Virus record (IMG/VR): IMGVR_UViG_3300028374_000002
Span: 137,265-201,264 of that record
DNA: 64,000 bases
From: a virus
Taxonomy: Duplodnaviria; Caudoviricetes
Strand: one strand, 5' to 3'
Part shown: positions 1 through 9,892 of the stretch, piece after piece
How the letters are laid out: each line of letters begins with the position of its first letter
How positions within the stretch are numbered: position 1 is the first letter of the stretch
Translations under genes and position numbers: made by a program
The notes under the pieces: model-generated
What the model was told of the DNA's origin: nothing
Seen by the model: only the letters and a program-made list of their open reading frames with translations
Database searches by the model: none

Positions 1-1269
1 AGATAAGCATCTATTCATTTTCTCATAATGGTAGTACTTGTCCTTATTAAGTTCAGAATGCCAATATAAACCATTATACTCTATTGCTATCTTTTTTTCC
101 TTTATTAAAAAGTCAATTTCGTAAGGACTAATCAAAGTCCTATCACTATGTATAGCATTTTGGTCTAATTCTTTTAAAAAATCTAATATATTAGATTCTT
201 GACTAGATTTCCCAGAGTTTATTGGATTACACACAGTACAAGTTTCTATACTAGCATCTATTCTTCTTTGTAATGTTGTTGGATGTATCTCAAATTGATG
301 ACCACAACTATTATTTTTACTTAATAAAACAAATCCTTCTCTACTTGAATTAGAAATGAACGTAAATCCTTTATCATTATAGAACTTTATTCTATTTTTA
401 AGTATCACGTTCTTATATCTATCTGATTTTAAGTAAGTCTTATATTCATCACTTTTTGTATAATGATCAACACCAAACTTATCCAAAAAATGTTTCTTAG
501 ACTTCTCTTTGAATTCGATAGTTTTAAAGTAATTATCAACACCATACTTTTCCATATTTGAATCCTCTATCTTATCTCTTATCTTGATACTTTTTAAGGG
601 ATGTGCAACACCATATCTTTCAAAAGATATGTTCTTATAACTTATCCAAAAATCTTGTGTTTTAGAAATATGATTAACACCATACTTTTCTATATTAGTC
701 TGGCTTATTTTATTCTGAACCTCCTTTGATTTAGATGGATGGTCAACACCATACTTCTCTAAGGAAAACTCTTTAGTCTTTTCTTTAAATTCATCTGTTT
801 TGAAATAATGGTCAACACCATACTTTTCCTCGATAGTTGTTTTCCACCTTTCTCTAACTTCCTCATTTTGAAATGATGACTTATGACCCCACCTCTCAAT
901 ATTTGTTTGTTCTTGCTTCTTTTTAATATCTTGTGATTTAGCTATGTTATCAACACCATACTTTTCTAAAACAGTTTTTTTCCTTTTCTCCTTGGTCTTG
1001 TTACTGCTCTGTGCACACTTAGTACTACAATACGTCTTATATCCCTCTGTCCACTTTTTATTAAAGCTAACTCTGTTTATGCAAGAACTACACAGTACAT
1101 AAGATGTTTTTTTATTTACAAAACACCAAAGACGTTCTTTAAACGATAATTCTAAATCTATTGTATATTCAACTATTTTATCATATATATCACCATGGTT
1201 ATTTATGAAATATGATTCCCTTAACCTACTTGGTTTATTATCTATTATCTTTATTATTTTATCCTTCAT
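1..1269 (-). CDS. Putative homing endonuclease, KYGV-repeat family (partial, runs off window start)
   Basis: Translated by hand, not in the ORF track: ATG at 1269, open for 423 codons to base 1. MKDKIIKII...YKTYCSTKC, multiple EKYGVDH/N repeats, CTVCNP, then ELDFLIKEKKIAIEYNGLYWHSE as in the paralogues. Confidence 0.8.
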   Translation of the reverse strand, partial: MKDKIIKIIDNKPSRLRESYFINNHGDIYDKIVEYTIDLELSFKERLWCFVNKKTSYVLCSSCINRVSFNKKWTEGYKTYCSTKCAQSSNKTKEKRKKTVLEKYGVDNIAKSQDIKKKQEQTNIERWGHKSSFQNEEVRERWKTTIEEKYGVDHYFKTDEFKEKTKEFSLEKYGVDHPSKSKEVQNKISQTNIEKYGVNHISKTQDFWISYKNISFERYGVAHPLKSIKIRDKIEDSNMEKYGVDNYFKTIEFKEKSKKHFLDKFGVDHYTKSDEYKTYLKSDRYKNVILKNRIKFYNDKGFTFISNSSREGFVLLSKNNSCGHQFEIHPTTLQRRIDASIETCTVCNPINSGKSSQESNILDFLKELDQNAIHSDRTLISPYEIDFLIKEKKIAIEYNGLYWHSELNKDKYYHYEKMNRCLS

Positions 1270-1275
1270 AATTTA

Positions 1276-2136
1276 TTAATTTGTGAAATGTGAAGATAAA
1301 TACTCAAACACATCTAAATCATAAGGTATCCTTACTAACTCAAACCCATTATCTATACACCATCTATTTTTTAAACCATCATATTCGACTAGCTTTTTAT
1401 AATATTCTTCCCCACCGAATATATCAACTGGTTTAAAATGTTGTATTCCATCATACTCTATAAATGTCCTTATACCCTCTATGTAAAAATCAAACCTTAA
1501 CTTCTTATCTTCTATCTTAACAACATATTCTTTTTCATATTTGATTTCAACTAAGTCTAGAAATTCTATTATTTCCCTCTCGCCCTTTGATTTAGAACAC
1601 ACAGGACAGTTTGTGTTCATATGTAGGATATAATTAGGTTTAGTATCAAATTCTGTATTGCAATCAGTACAGAGGTGTTTATGCCTATGGTGCGATCCTT
1701 TATATTCTGTTGATAATAGCTTTATATTATTAGGCAGTATTGACTTGTATTTATCTATAGAGAATATCTTACCAGAACATGACGGACATCCATTTGTAGA
1801 ACTTAATATAGATTTAGGACTTGTTATAAATTCCATATCACATGTTTTACACTTATGTAAAGTCTTTTCTCTCATACTTATATAATTACCTAAAAGTTCT
1901 ATATCCTTAGTTCTTAAAGATTCCTCATATTTAATTTTCCTATCTGTACAATTACATTTTATTTTACTAATTTCTTTGGGCTTTTTCTTATATATTCTAT
2001 TGCATTTAGTACATGAGAATTTAATAGCAGTCTTTGAATCTATATAGTCTGACTCCCTTTTAATATTAGGATAATTATTTAATAGCCTAGTATCAAGTTG
2101 TTCGTTTGTTATTTTCTTACCAGATTTTGACCACAT
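1276..2136 (-). CDS. Putative endonuclease: Zn-ribbon repeats plus C-terminal PD-(D/E)XK/DUF559-like domain
   Basis: Repeated CxxC pairs; SKGE..I..FL, LRFDFYI, IEYDGIQH motif; sits directly downstream of the capsid gene. Confidence 0.7.
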   Translation of the reverse strand: MWSKSGKKITNEQLDTRLLNNYPNIKRESDYIDSKTAIKFSCTKCNRIYKKKPKEISKIKCNCTDRKIKYEESLRTKDIELLGNYISMREKTLHKCKTCDMEFITSPKSILSSTNGCPSCSGKIFSIDKYKSILPNNIKLLSTEYKGSHHRHKHLCTDCNTEFDTKPNYILHMNTNCPVCSKSKGEREIIEFLDLVEIKYEKEYVVKIEDKKLRFDFYIEGIRTFIEYDGIQHFKPVDIFGGEEYYKKLVEYDGLKNRWCIDNGFELVRIPYDLDVFEYLSSHFTN

Positions 2137-2197
2137 AATTTATATATTAAATAGGATTCTTTACTGTATTATAGCACAATAGTACGCAAAGTTTTTA

Positions 2198-2234
2198 ACA
2201 AAAAAAAGAGGAACAAATTAATTGTTCCTCTTTT
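2198..2234 (-). terminator. Intrinsic terminator after the major capsid gene
   Basis: Inverted repeat aaaagaggaacaa-tta-attgttcctctttt with A/T tails. Confidence 0.75.
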
Positions 2235-2254
2235 CCTATTTATATTCTTATGAA

Positions 2255-3958
2255 TTAGTTTAATAATCCATTCTCGTCTGTAATTCTCAAAGTCATAAAT
2301 TGCTTTTGTGGGAACCAGCCTACTTCAGCTACTGCGTATCTTGAACGTAATAACATTCTAGGTGCAAAGGTAGCTTCCGAGATAACACTAATTGATTGTG
2401 CCATTAAGTAAGGTACAAATATGATACCTGGTTGGTCAGGATTGTTCTTTCTACCTAGAGCAATTCTGTTGTCGTTATACTTCATATATGGATCAACATA
2501 TATTGATATATCCCCGATAGAACCTACTGGGTAAAGTTGTCCAGCTCCGTTTAGTTTAGATTTTACTGGGTTAAGAGTATAACCTGAAACATCCGATAAA
2601 GCTGCTGCTAAACCACCGTTAGTAACTAAATACTGTGCTGGTCCAACACGTCCTTCTGTTGCAATGTAGTTAGATGCATGCATTATCTTTGTGATAAGCT
2701 TTCTTTGCACAGCGTGAGTTGTCTCACCACCTACGTTAGCACCTGCATAGTTCGTGTTTAAATCGAACAAAGGCACTCCTGTACCTCCTCCTGGTGGTGT
2801 TCTTAATGGTGCAGACTCTCTGTTAAGTTCTCCCATTTCAAATACTTTAGCAACAATTTGCTTAGATATTGTTTGAGAAAGTTCATTAACAAGAATGCTT
2901 TCCATTTTTTGAACGATATCCATACCAGTGTTGGCTTTGATATCTTCAATTTCAGTTCTTCTAAGTGCTGATGTTATCTCGATAGTACCAACGGCAATTG
3001 TTTTAGAAGAAATTTTCGGCCCAATGATACCTGCGTATCTCTTGTCATCTTGCTCTCTATCCATTGGATAGTTTCCAGAAAAACCATTTTCACTTGTATT
3101 CCAGTTTGCAGAAAAACCTGGTAATTGGTCTTCAAGTGCAGAAATAAGTTCAACTTTTGCACCAGATACTGTTACACCAGCAACATTAACTAATTGATCA
3201 GTCATTGCAGTTGTTGAATCAAAAGTGTTTCTTGTTTGGTCAAATGCCCATGTAGTTCCAGCAGTTCCAACAGCACCATGAGATGTGTTAAATTGTCTGT
3301 AAGCTCTAAACATTGGGAATCCATCAATACGTGAAAATCCTAAAAATTCTACTTGTCCTGTTTTATCAGATGCTTCTGTTGTAGTGATACCAGTATCTGG
3401 AGCGGTTTGTGCTGCGATATCATTGAAAAGCGTTCCGTTTTGTAAACCACCTTGTGATTCTACAATACCAGCAGTATTTAGTTGCTCCTTAAGTGCAGCT
3501 CTAACATCTGCGATATTATCAGCATTAAGTTTAAAAACTTGTGGTCTTTCGTCAGAAGCACCTAAATGTGCATCATCATATCTAAAATCTACGTAAAGTA
3601 AATCGATTTTTGGTCCAGGAGAAGGCTTTACTGCAACAAGGTCTAAACCTATTGTTTGTGCAGCAATCTTCATAGCTACTGGAAGTAAGTTTTGGCCTAC
3701 ATCTCCAGATCCCTGTGATCCACCGTTTTGTCCAAAAGCATTACCGATTGTTGAACCAGATAATGTTGATGGCTGTGCAGCTACAACACCTCCCATACCT
3801 GATACGTTAGATGCGTTTGCGTAAGCGTTTTCATTAATTGAGTGGAATTCTGCGTACTCGCTCATCCAGTCAATTCTGTCGCCAGAAACACCCATGTTCT
3901 CTAGAACTGGTGTCCACTTCTTCTTGGCTTTTTGATTGTCTATTCTAATGTGTGACAT
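2255..3958 (-). CDS. gp23: Major capsid protein (T4 gp23-like)
   Basis: KKWTPVLE N-terminus; ILVNELSQTISKQIV, NYIATEGRVGPAQYLVTN, IYVDPY, PGIIFVPY, RSRYAVAE motifs typical of gp23. Confidence 0.92.
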   Translation of the reverse strand: MSHIRIDNQKAKKKWTPVLENMGVSGDRIDWMSEYAEFHSINENAYANASNVSGMGGVVAAQPSTLSGSTIGNAFGQNGGSQGSGDVGQNLLPVAMKIAAQTIGLDLVAVKPSPGPKIDLLYVDFRYDDAHLGASDERPQVFKLNADNIADVRAALKEQLNTAGIVESQGGLQNGTLFNDIAAQTAPDTGITTTEASDKTGQVEFLGFSRIDGFPMFRAYRQFNTSHGAVGTAGTTWAFDQTRNTFDSTTAMTDQLVNVAGVTVSGAKVELISALEDQLPGFSANWNTSENGFSGNYPMDREQDDKRYAGIIGPKISSKTIAVGTIEITSALRRTEIEDIKANTGMDIVQKMESILVNELSQTISKQIVAKVFEMGELNRESAPLRTPPGGGTGVPLFDLNTNYAGANVGGETTHAVQRKLITKIMHASNYIATEGRVGPAQYLVTNGGLAAALSDVSGYTLNPVKSKLNGAGQLYPVGSIGDISIYVDPYMKYNDNRIALGRKNNPDQPGIIFVPYLMAQSISVISEATFAPRMLLRSRYAVAEVGWFPQKQFMTLRITDENGLLN

Positions 3959-4038
3959 AATTTTTGTTTTATTTTTTTTAAATTTGATATAATCTATATA
4001 TAAACCCTTTTTTTACCTTTTTTTGAAAGGTGGATTTT

Positions 4039-6177
4039 TTATAGACTTTTGAACCTTTCTAATATTGCATTAGTTTCATCATCAGATAAATTATCCTCTT
4101 GGATTAGTTTATCATGTGAAATTAATTTCTTACTAGTCGCTTCGTTTTTCTTGATATTTCTAGTATCCCAGAAATGCTCAACTTGACTTTCGGTTATCAT
4201 GTTATCTTCTGGATAAAGTCTAGCTTGTGAAAGCACTGACTTTTTAGAAGTCCCATCTAACTGCTCCCAGACTGGCTTGATACTATCAGGCATTAGTCTG
4301 ACAACTCTGTCTTCTAGAGTTTCGTTCTTTGTTGATAAAGATTCGCTTATTAAACTTAGAACGTCTTTCTGTGTGAAATAACTACTTTCGTTTATATGTA
4401 GTTTAACGTTGTCTTGTTCTTCGTTAGTTAAAGCGTAATAACTATCTATTTGTGATTTGTTTAAGAACTTTAAAAAATTCAAATCACTCGTCTCAGAAAC
4501 TTTTCGTTTTTTAGCCTCTTCGATTAATTTATCAATAGATTCTGATAAGTCTGAATCACTTAATTCTGATTCTTCCATTTCACAATCTTCATCTTCTTTT
4601 TCTTCGTGTGCATGAGCAACTTCTGCCATTGTCTTAGCAATACCAGTTTGCTTTCTAGTACCTTCTTCATCGTGCATATCTTCTTCATCATGCATATCTT
4701 CATCATGCTTACCTTCTTCATCGTGCATACCTTCTTCATCGTGCATACCTTCTTGAACACCAAATCCAACAGACTCTAGTGTTGGGAATTGCTCTCCTTT
4801 AGATTCAAATAATTTACCACCATTAAGTTTTTCTACTATCATTCCTTGGTAGTCAACAGACTTGTCAAGGCTTTCAGCGATATACTCTGAATATGCAATG
4901 TTGTCATCTAGATTCTCTGCAATGTATTCTGAATAAGCAATATTACCATCAAGGTGTTCTGCTAGGTACTCTGAATAGTTAATAGAGTTATCTACATTTT
5001 CAGCAATGTATTCACTATAAGAAATGTTCTTACTTACGTTTTCAGCGATGTATTCTGAATAATTAATGTTCTTATCTAGATTTTCAGCGATGTATTCTGA
5101 ATAGTTAATGTTCTTATCTAGATTTTCAGCAATGTATTCTGAATATCCAATGTTCTTATCTAGATTTTCTGCAACATATTCACTATAAGCAATGTTCTTG
5201 TCTAAATTTTCAGCAATGTATTCTGAATAGTTAATGTTCTTATCTAAGTTTTCAGCAACATATTCAGAATAGCTAATAGCTTTTTCTAAATTCTCTGCTA
5301 AATAGTCGTTATGCTTAGCTAGTTTACCAGTTGTCTCCTTTAATGATTTATTTTCATTAACCATTACTTGTACTTTCTCTGATAAATAATCTAAGTATCC
5401 TATTACTTTTTCGTTAGTAGTATTAAGTTCTTCGTAATACTCTAATAATTGTTCTAGTTTCTTAGGGTTCATACTTCCCTTAGTTACTGCTCCCTTAACT
5501 TCCTTTTTAGTTTCGTTAAGCTCTTTAACTAAATACTGTGAGTAATCAGTTAATTGTTTCTTTGTTACAAATTCATTTTTGTTCATGTTGAATAATTCGT
5601 TTATTTTTGATTCATCGGACATTTCATATATCCTAAAGTTAGATTTGGCATCGTTGTAGCCTAATGATTCATTAAGTACGGTAACATTCATTTTAGCGGA
5701 TGCAAATCCAGGATCTGCTACAATGTCGTAAGTGAATAGTTTTTTAAGTGATACAGAACCGTCAGATTCAGTAACACCCGCTGCTCTTGATGATACAAAA
5801 ACAGGACAACCATCATTTACTAATGATTTTGCTTCTTTTCCCCAATAGGTACTTAAAAGCATAATCTCACCCTCTACTGAGTTCTTTTCTTGTACATAAT
5901 CTGCCTTTCTAATTATGTGCGAAGCTCTTGATAAAGAAGTATCGAATACGTCTGGGTGATCAAACTCACCATAAACAACTCCTAGACTATTCATTCTTTC
6001 ATTAAGTTCGCCCAAAGCTGGGAGAAACTTATCTGCTGAATAAACTCTATCGTTTCGATTTTTTACCCCGAATTCAGTGAAAGTCCCATTCATAACATAT
6101 TCACCCTTCTTAGCAGAACCGTTAGATTCTTTAATCAAGGAGTTTGTCGAATTTTCTACTATTAATACTGGTTTCAT
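4039..6177 (-). CDS. gp21: Prohead core protease fused to a long scaffold-like domain (gp21/gp22-like)
   Basis: GTFTEFGVKNRNDRVY, GEFDHP, VFVSSRAAG, TYDIVADPGF protease motifs, followed by coiled-coil, 14-aa repeats and an acidic tail; immediately upstream of the capsid gene. Confidence 0.88.
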   Translation of the reverse strand: MKPVLIVENSTNSLIKESNGSAKKGEYVMNGTFTEFGVKNRNDRVYSADKFLPALGELNERMNSLGVVYGEFDHPDVFDTSLSRASHIIRKADYVQEKNSVEGEIMLLSTYWGKEAKSLVNDGCPVFVSSRAAGVTESDGSVSLKKLFTYDIVADPGFASAKMNVTVLNESLGYNDAKSNFRIYEMSDESKINELFNMNKNEFVTKKQLTDYSQYLVKELNETKKEVKGAVTKGSMNPKKLEQLLEYYEELNTTNEKVIGYLDYLSEKVQVMVNENKSLKETTGKLAKHNDYLAENLEKAISYSEYVAENLDKNINYSEYIAENLDKNIAYSEYVAENLDKNIGYSEYIAENLDKNINYSEYIAENLDKNINYSEYIAENVSKNISYSEYIAENVDNSINYSEYLAEHLDGNIAYSEYIAENLDDNIAYSEYIAESLDKSVDYQGMIVEKLNGGKLFESKGEQFPTLESVGFGVQEGMHDEEGMHDEEGKHDEDMHDEEDMHDEEGTRKQTGIAKTMAEVAHAHEEKEDEDCEMEESELSDSDLSESIDKLIEEAKKRKVSETSDLNFLKFLNKSQIDSYYALTNEEQDNVKLHINESSYFTQKDVLSLISESLSTKNETLEDRVVRLMPDSIKPVWEQLDGTSKKSVLSQARLYPEDNMITESQVEHFWDTRNIKKNEATSKKLISHDKLIQEDNLSDDETNAILERFKSL
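4855..5310 (-). repeat. About 10 tandem 42-bp (14-aa) coding repeats, consensus NINYSEYIAENLDK
   Basis: Ten YSEY units counted in the protein; 42-bp periodicity visible in the DNA (coordinates approximate). Confidence 0.9.
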
Positions 6178-6327
6178 TTATTAGATTTTATTTTTTCCTA
6201 TATCGTATATATAATGAGTTATTTCTCCTTAAATAAAAAGGTGGATTTTTTATACGATTGTCGGATTTTTTAGTTAATTTTGAGAACTTTCACCGAATTT
6301 AATATATATACTAAAATAGTTACCCAT

Positions 6328-7878
6328 ATGAAATTCAAGACAACAAGAGGACTTACTATAGAAAAGCTAAAAAGTGAGTTCCCATCATACTATAATAAAA
6401 TGGTTAACTTCTTAATAGAAGATGATGACATAACACTATCTGAAAAAATATGGTTGTTTCAAAATGAATTAAAACAAAAACCAAAATGTCTGAACTGTAA
6501 TAGTAAGGTAAGTTTCACTAAATTTTATAAAGGTTACAGAACATATTGTAGTAGAAGTTGTGCTACCAAGTATAGCCATGGATTTAAAGAGGTAAAGGAT
6601 AAGAGAGTTAAGAAAATGATAGAATGTAACAACAATCCAAAGACTAGGAAGAAAATGACCGAAAGTGCTAACATAACAAAGTCTAATTTTTCTGATACTA
6701 AAAAAAGAGAAATAAACAATAAGAGGTCAAAGACAGTAAATGATAAATGGGGTGTTAAAAACATATCAAATGCAGAAAGTATTAAACAGAAAATAAGTAC
6801 TAGACTACAAGAGGTACTACCTGGTATTAGGCTTGAAAAGACTAAAGATAGAATTACAAGTGCTGGGTTTTCTGTAATAGATATAGACAATGGTAATTTT
6901 AAATTATTATGCAGTAAATGTAAAAAAGAGTTTAATATTTCTAGTAAACTATTTAACCAAAGAAATAGATTTGATATTGAGCCTTGTCTAAATTGTAACC
7001 CCAATAACAATGATTCTTTTTTTGAAAGCAGTATATGTGATTTTATCAAAGAAAATTATGACGGTGAGGTAAAAGATAAATGTAGAGATTTTAAAAAATA
7101 TGAAATAGATGTGTATTTACCAGAGTTATCAATAGGTTTTGAATGCAACGGTCTTTGGTGGCATTCTGAGAGGTATAAGGAAAATAGTTATCATAAATCT
7201 AAAAACGATTTCTTCAAAGAGAAAGGGATACAAATAATACACATTTGGGAAGATGATTGGAAATTTAAAAAAGAAATAATTAAAAGTAGAGTACTTAACA
7301 TAGTTAGCAAAACTAATGAAAGGATATGGGGCAGAAAATGTGAGATAAGAGAAGTTAATAGTAATGTGTATAGAAAATTTGTAGATAAAAATCATTTACA
7401 AGGCCATGCACCAGCCAAATATAAGCTAGGTCTATATTATAATGACAATCTAGTATCTGTTATGTCATTTTCTAAGTTAAGGAGGAATTTAGGTTATAAG
7501 ACAAATCCAGATAATCATTACGAATTACTAAGGTTTTGTAGTAGTAAAAACACCACTATTGTTGGTGGATCATCTAAATTATTGAAATATTTTATAAGGG
7601 AATATAAACCTACTAAAATAATTTCTTATGCTAGTAAAGATTGGTCAGTTGGTAATTTATATAATAAACTAGGATTTATTGAAATAAAAGAAACTGTTCC
7701 TAATTATTTTTATTTCCACAAAGATGAAGGTCTTAGAATAAATAGATTTAACTTTAGGAAAGATGTATTAGTTAAAGAAGGATATGACAAAGATAAATCA
7801 GAACACCAAATAATGAATGATAGGAAGTATTATAGAGTTTATGACACTGGGTCATTATTGTTTGAAATGAATATATAA
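6328..7878 (+). CDS. Putative homing endonuclease, KYGV family, with C-terminal GNAT-like domain
   Basis: EIDVYLPELSIGFECNGLWWHSE, NHLQG, ELLRFCS, GGSSKLLKYF, LYNKLGF; ATG at 6328 preferred because it follows TTAATATATA at 6299-6308. Confidence 0.75.
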   Translation: MKFKTTRGLTIEKLKSEFPSYYNKMVNFLIEDDDITLSEKIWLFQNELKQKPKCLNCNSKVSFTKFYKGYRTYCSRSCATKYSHGFKEVKDKRVKKMIECNNNPKTRKKMTESANITKSNFSDTKKREINNKRSKTVNDKWGVKNISNAESIKQKISTRLQEVLPGIRLEKTKDRITSAGFSVIDIDNGNFKLLCSKCKKEFNISSKLFNQRNRFDIEPCLNCNPNNNDSFFESSICDFIKENYDGEVKDKCRDFKKYEIDVYLPELSIGFECNGLWWHSERYKENSYHKSKNDFFKEKGIQIIHIWEDDWKFKKEIIKSRVLNIVSKTNERIWGRKCEIREVNSNVYRKFVDKNHLQGHAPAKYKLGLYYNDNLVSVMSFSKLRRNLGYKTNPDNHYELLRFCSSKNTTIVGGSSKLLKYFIREYKPTKIISYASKDWSVGNLYNKLGFIEIKETVPNYFYFHKDEGLRINRFNFRKDVLVKEGYDKDKSEHQIMNDRKYYRVYDTGSLLFEMNI

Positions 7879-7881
7879 GTT

Positions 7882-9495
7882 ATGATAAAAGAAGATATTT
7901 CTAATTTAGGAAAGTATAGCAAGGCTAAAATAACTGCCATATGTGATAATTGTCTTAATGAAAAGAAAACAACAATGAAATTATATACATCATATGGATA
8001 TAAAGCAGGTGTGTACTTATGTAGGAGTTGTAAGATGAAGAAGAATAATCTAGAAAAATATGGAGTTGATAATGTGTTTAAACTAGACAGTGTTAAAGAT
8101 AAAATAAAAAGTAGCAACCAAGAAAAATACGGTGTTGATAATGTATCACAGTCTGATATTATTAAAGATAAAATAAGAGTTAGTAATTTAGAAAAGTATG
8201 GAGTGGAACACCATATGAAGAATAATAATGTTTTACAGAAACAGAAAGATAGCAATTTAAAAAAATATGGTGTAGAGAATATTTCTTCACTAGATAGTGT
8301 TAAAGAAAAAAAGATATCTACATGTCTTAAAAATAATGATGTTGAATTTATATTCCTAGACAAAGTCTTTATAGAAAACAGAAGAAACAACAATTTAGAA
8401 AAATATGGCGTAGAGAGTGTTCTTAGTTCAAAAGAAATAAGAGACAAAATAAAAAATACTAATTTAAAAAGGTATGGCGTAAGAAATCCCTCTATGAATA
8501 AAGACATTTCTAATAAAATAAAAAGCAGTGTATTAAGAACCAAACATAAACAAATATTAGACAGAGGTGATATTTTATCTATTGATAGTGATAATAGAAT
8601 GTTCGAAGCTTTTTGTAATAGTTGTAATAATAAATTTGATATAAGCTATTTTCTATACTACAAGCGAAGAGAAACTAATACAGAGATATGTACTATATGC
8701 AATGAGATAGATAAGCACCAATCTGGGGAAGAAATAAAAGTATTTAATTTTATAAATGATAATTATAGTGGTGTTATAATACAAAACCATAGAATATTAA
8801 ACAAAGAATTGGATATATATTTACCAGAATTAAATATTGCTTTTGAAGTGAATGGACTATATTGGCATTCTGAAATATTCAAAAGCAAAAATTATCACAA
8901 GGATAAGTATGACATGTGCAAAAGTAATAATATACAACTTATACATCTATGGGAAGATAATTTGGACTATAATTTCGAAATTATAAAATCAATGATATTG
9001 AACAAGATTAATATGTCAATTTATAAAATATGGGCAAGGAAATGTATTATTAAAGAAGTATGTGATAATAATGTTATCAAGGAGTTTTTAAATAAGAACC
9101 ATATACAAGGATATGCTTCTTCGTCTGTGAAGGTTGGACTATACCATAATGAAGAGTTGGTTAGCCTTATGACATTCAAAAAAAGTAAAGATAAATATGA
9201 TTTAAATAGATTTTGTAATAAATTAAATACCAGTGTTGTAGGTGGTGCTTCAAGATTATTAAAGTATTTTAATAGGAATTATTCAAATAAAATATTTACT
9301 TTTTCTGATAATTCTTATAGCAATGGCGATTTATATAAGACATTAGGATTTGATATAGAATACAATCTTAAACCAGACTATAAATATGTACAAAACAATA
9401 TAAGGATTCATAAGTTTAACTTCAGAAATAAAGACACCTCTGGATTATACAGAATCTATGATGCTGGTAAAGTTAAATATTACATGAGGGGATAA
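7882..9495 (+). CDS. Putative homing endonuclease, KYGV family
   Basis: Many LEKYGV repeats, CTICN, ELDIYLPELNIAFEVNGLYWHS, GGASRLLKYF, LYKTLGF. Confidence 0.75.
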   Translation: MIKEDISNLGKYSKAKITAICDNCLNEKKTTMKLYTSYGYKAGVYLCRSCKMKKNNLEKYGVDNVFKLDSVKDKIKSSNQEKYGVDNVSQSDIIKDKIRVSNLEKYGVEHHMKNNNVLQKQKDSNLKKYGVENISSLDSVKEKKISTCLKNNDVEFIFLDKVFIENRRNNNLEKYGVESVLSSKEIRDKIKNTNLKRYGVRNPSMNKDISNKIKSSVLRTKHKQILDRGDILSIDSDNRMFEAFCNSCNNKFDISYFLYYKRRETNTEICTICNEIDKHQSGEEIKVFNFINDNYSGVIIQNHRILNKELDIYLPELNIAFEVNGLYWHSEIFKSKNYHKDKYDMCKSNNIQLIHLWEDNLDYNFEIIKSMILNKINMSIYKIWARKCIIKEVCDNNVIKEFLNKNHIQGYASSSVKVGLYHNEELVSLMTFKKSKDKYDLNRFCNKLNTSVVGGASRLLKYFNRNYSNKIFTFSDNSYSNGDLYKTLGFDIEYNLKPDYKYVQNNIRIHKFNFRNKDTSGLYRIYDAGKVKYYMRG

Positions 9496-9535
9496 GCCAT
9501 TTATTTATAAATACATTAAAAATAAATGAGTTTTT

Positions 9536-9892
9536 ATGATATTAACTAGAGAGGTCTCTATCAAGATAAGTGAGTCTAACTTTCAATACTATGATAACTT
9601 AGGATATGATGTAACAATTGGTGAGTACTTATTAATACCAATAGATTTACTATCCAGGGGATCACATAGAGAGATAAAGTGTAAGTGTGATACTTGTGGT
9701 GTTGAGAAAGATGTGTTATTTAAAAACTATGTTAAATATGGTAATAAATGGGGTGAATATTTTTGTAGAAAGTGTTCAGAATTTAAAAGAAAGAAAACGC
9801 TTAAAAGAAATTTTGGTGTAGATTATCCTATTCAAAATGAAGATTTAAAAAAGAAAATAAAATCATCTAGTTCTTCTAAAGAAAAATCTTAA
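9536..9892 (+). CDS. Truncated paralogue of the KYGV endonuclease family (N-terminal Zn-binding part only)
   Basis: YYDNLGY...LSRGSHREIKCKCDTCG matches the N-termini of 15987-17771 and 20132-21868; one FGVDYP repeat, then stop. Confidence 0.6.
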   Translation: MILTREVSIKISESNFQYYDNLGYDVTIGEYLLIPIDLLSRGSHREIKCKCDTCGVEKDVLFKNYVKYGNKWGEYFCRKCSEFKRKKTLKRNFGVDYPIQNEDLKKKIKSSSSSKEKS

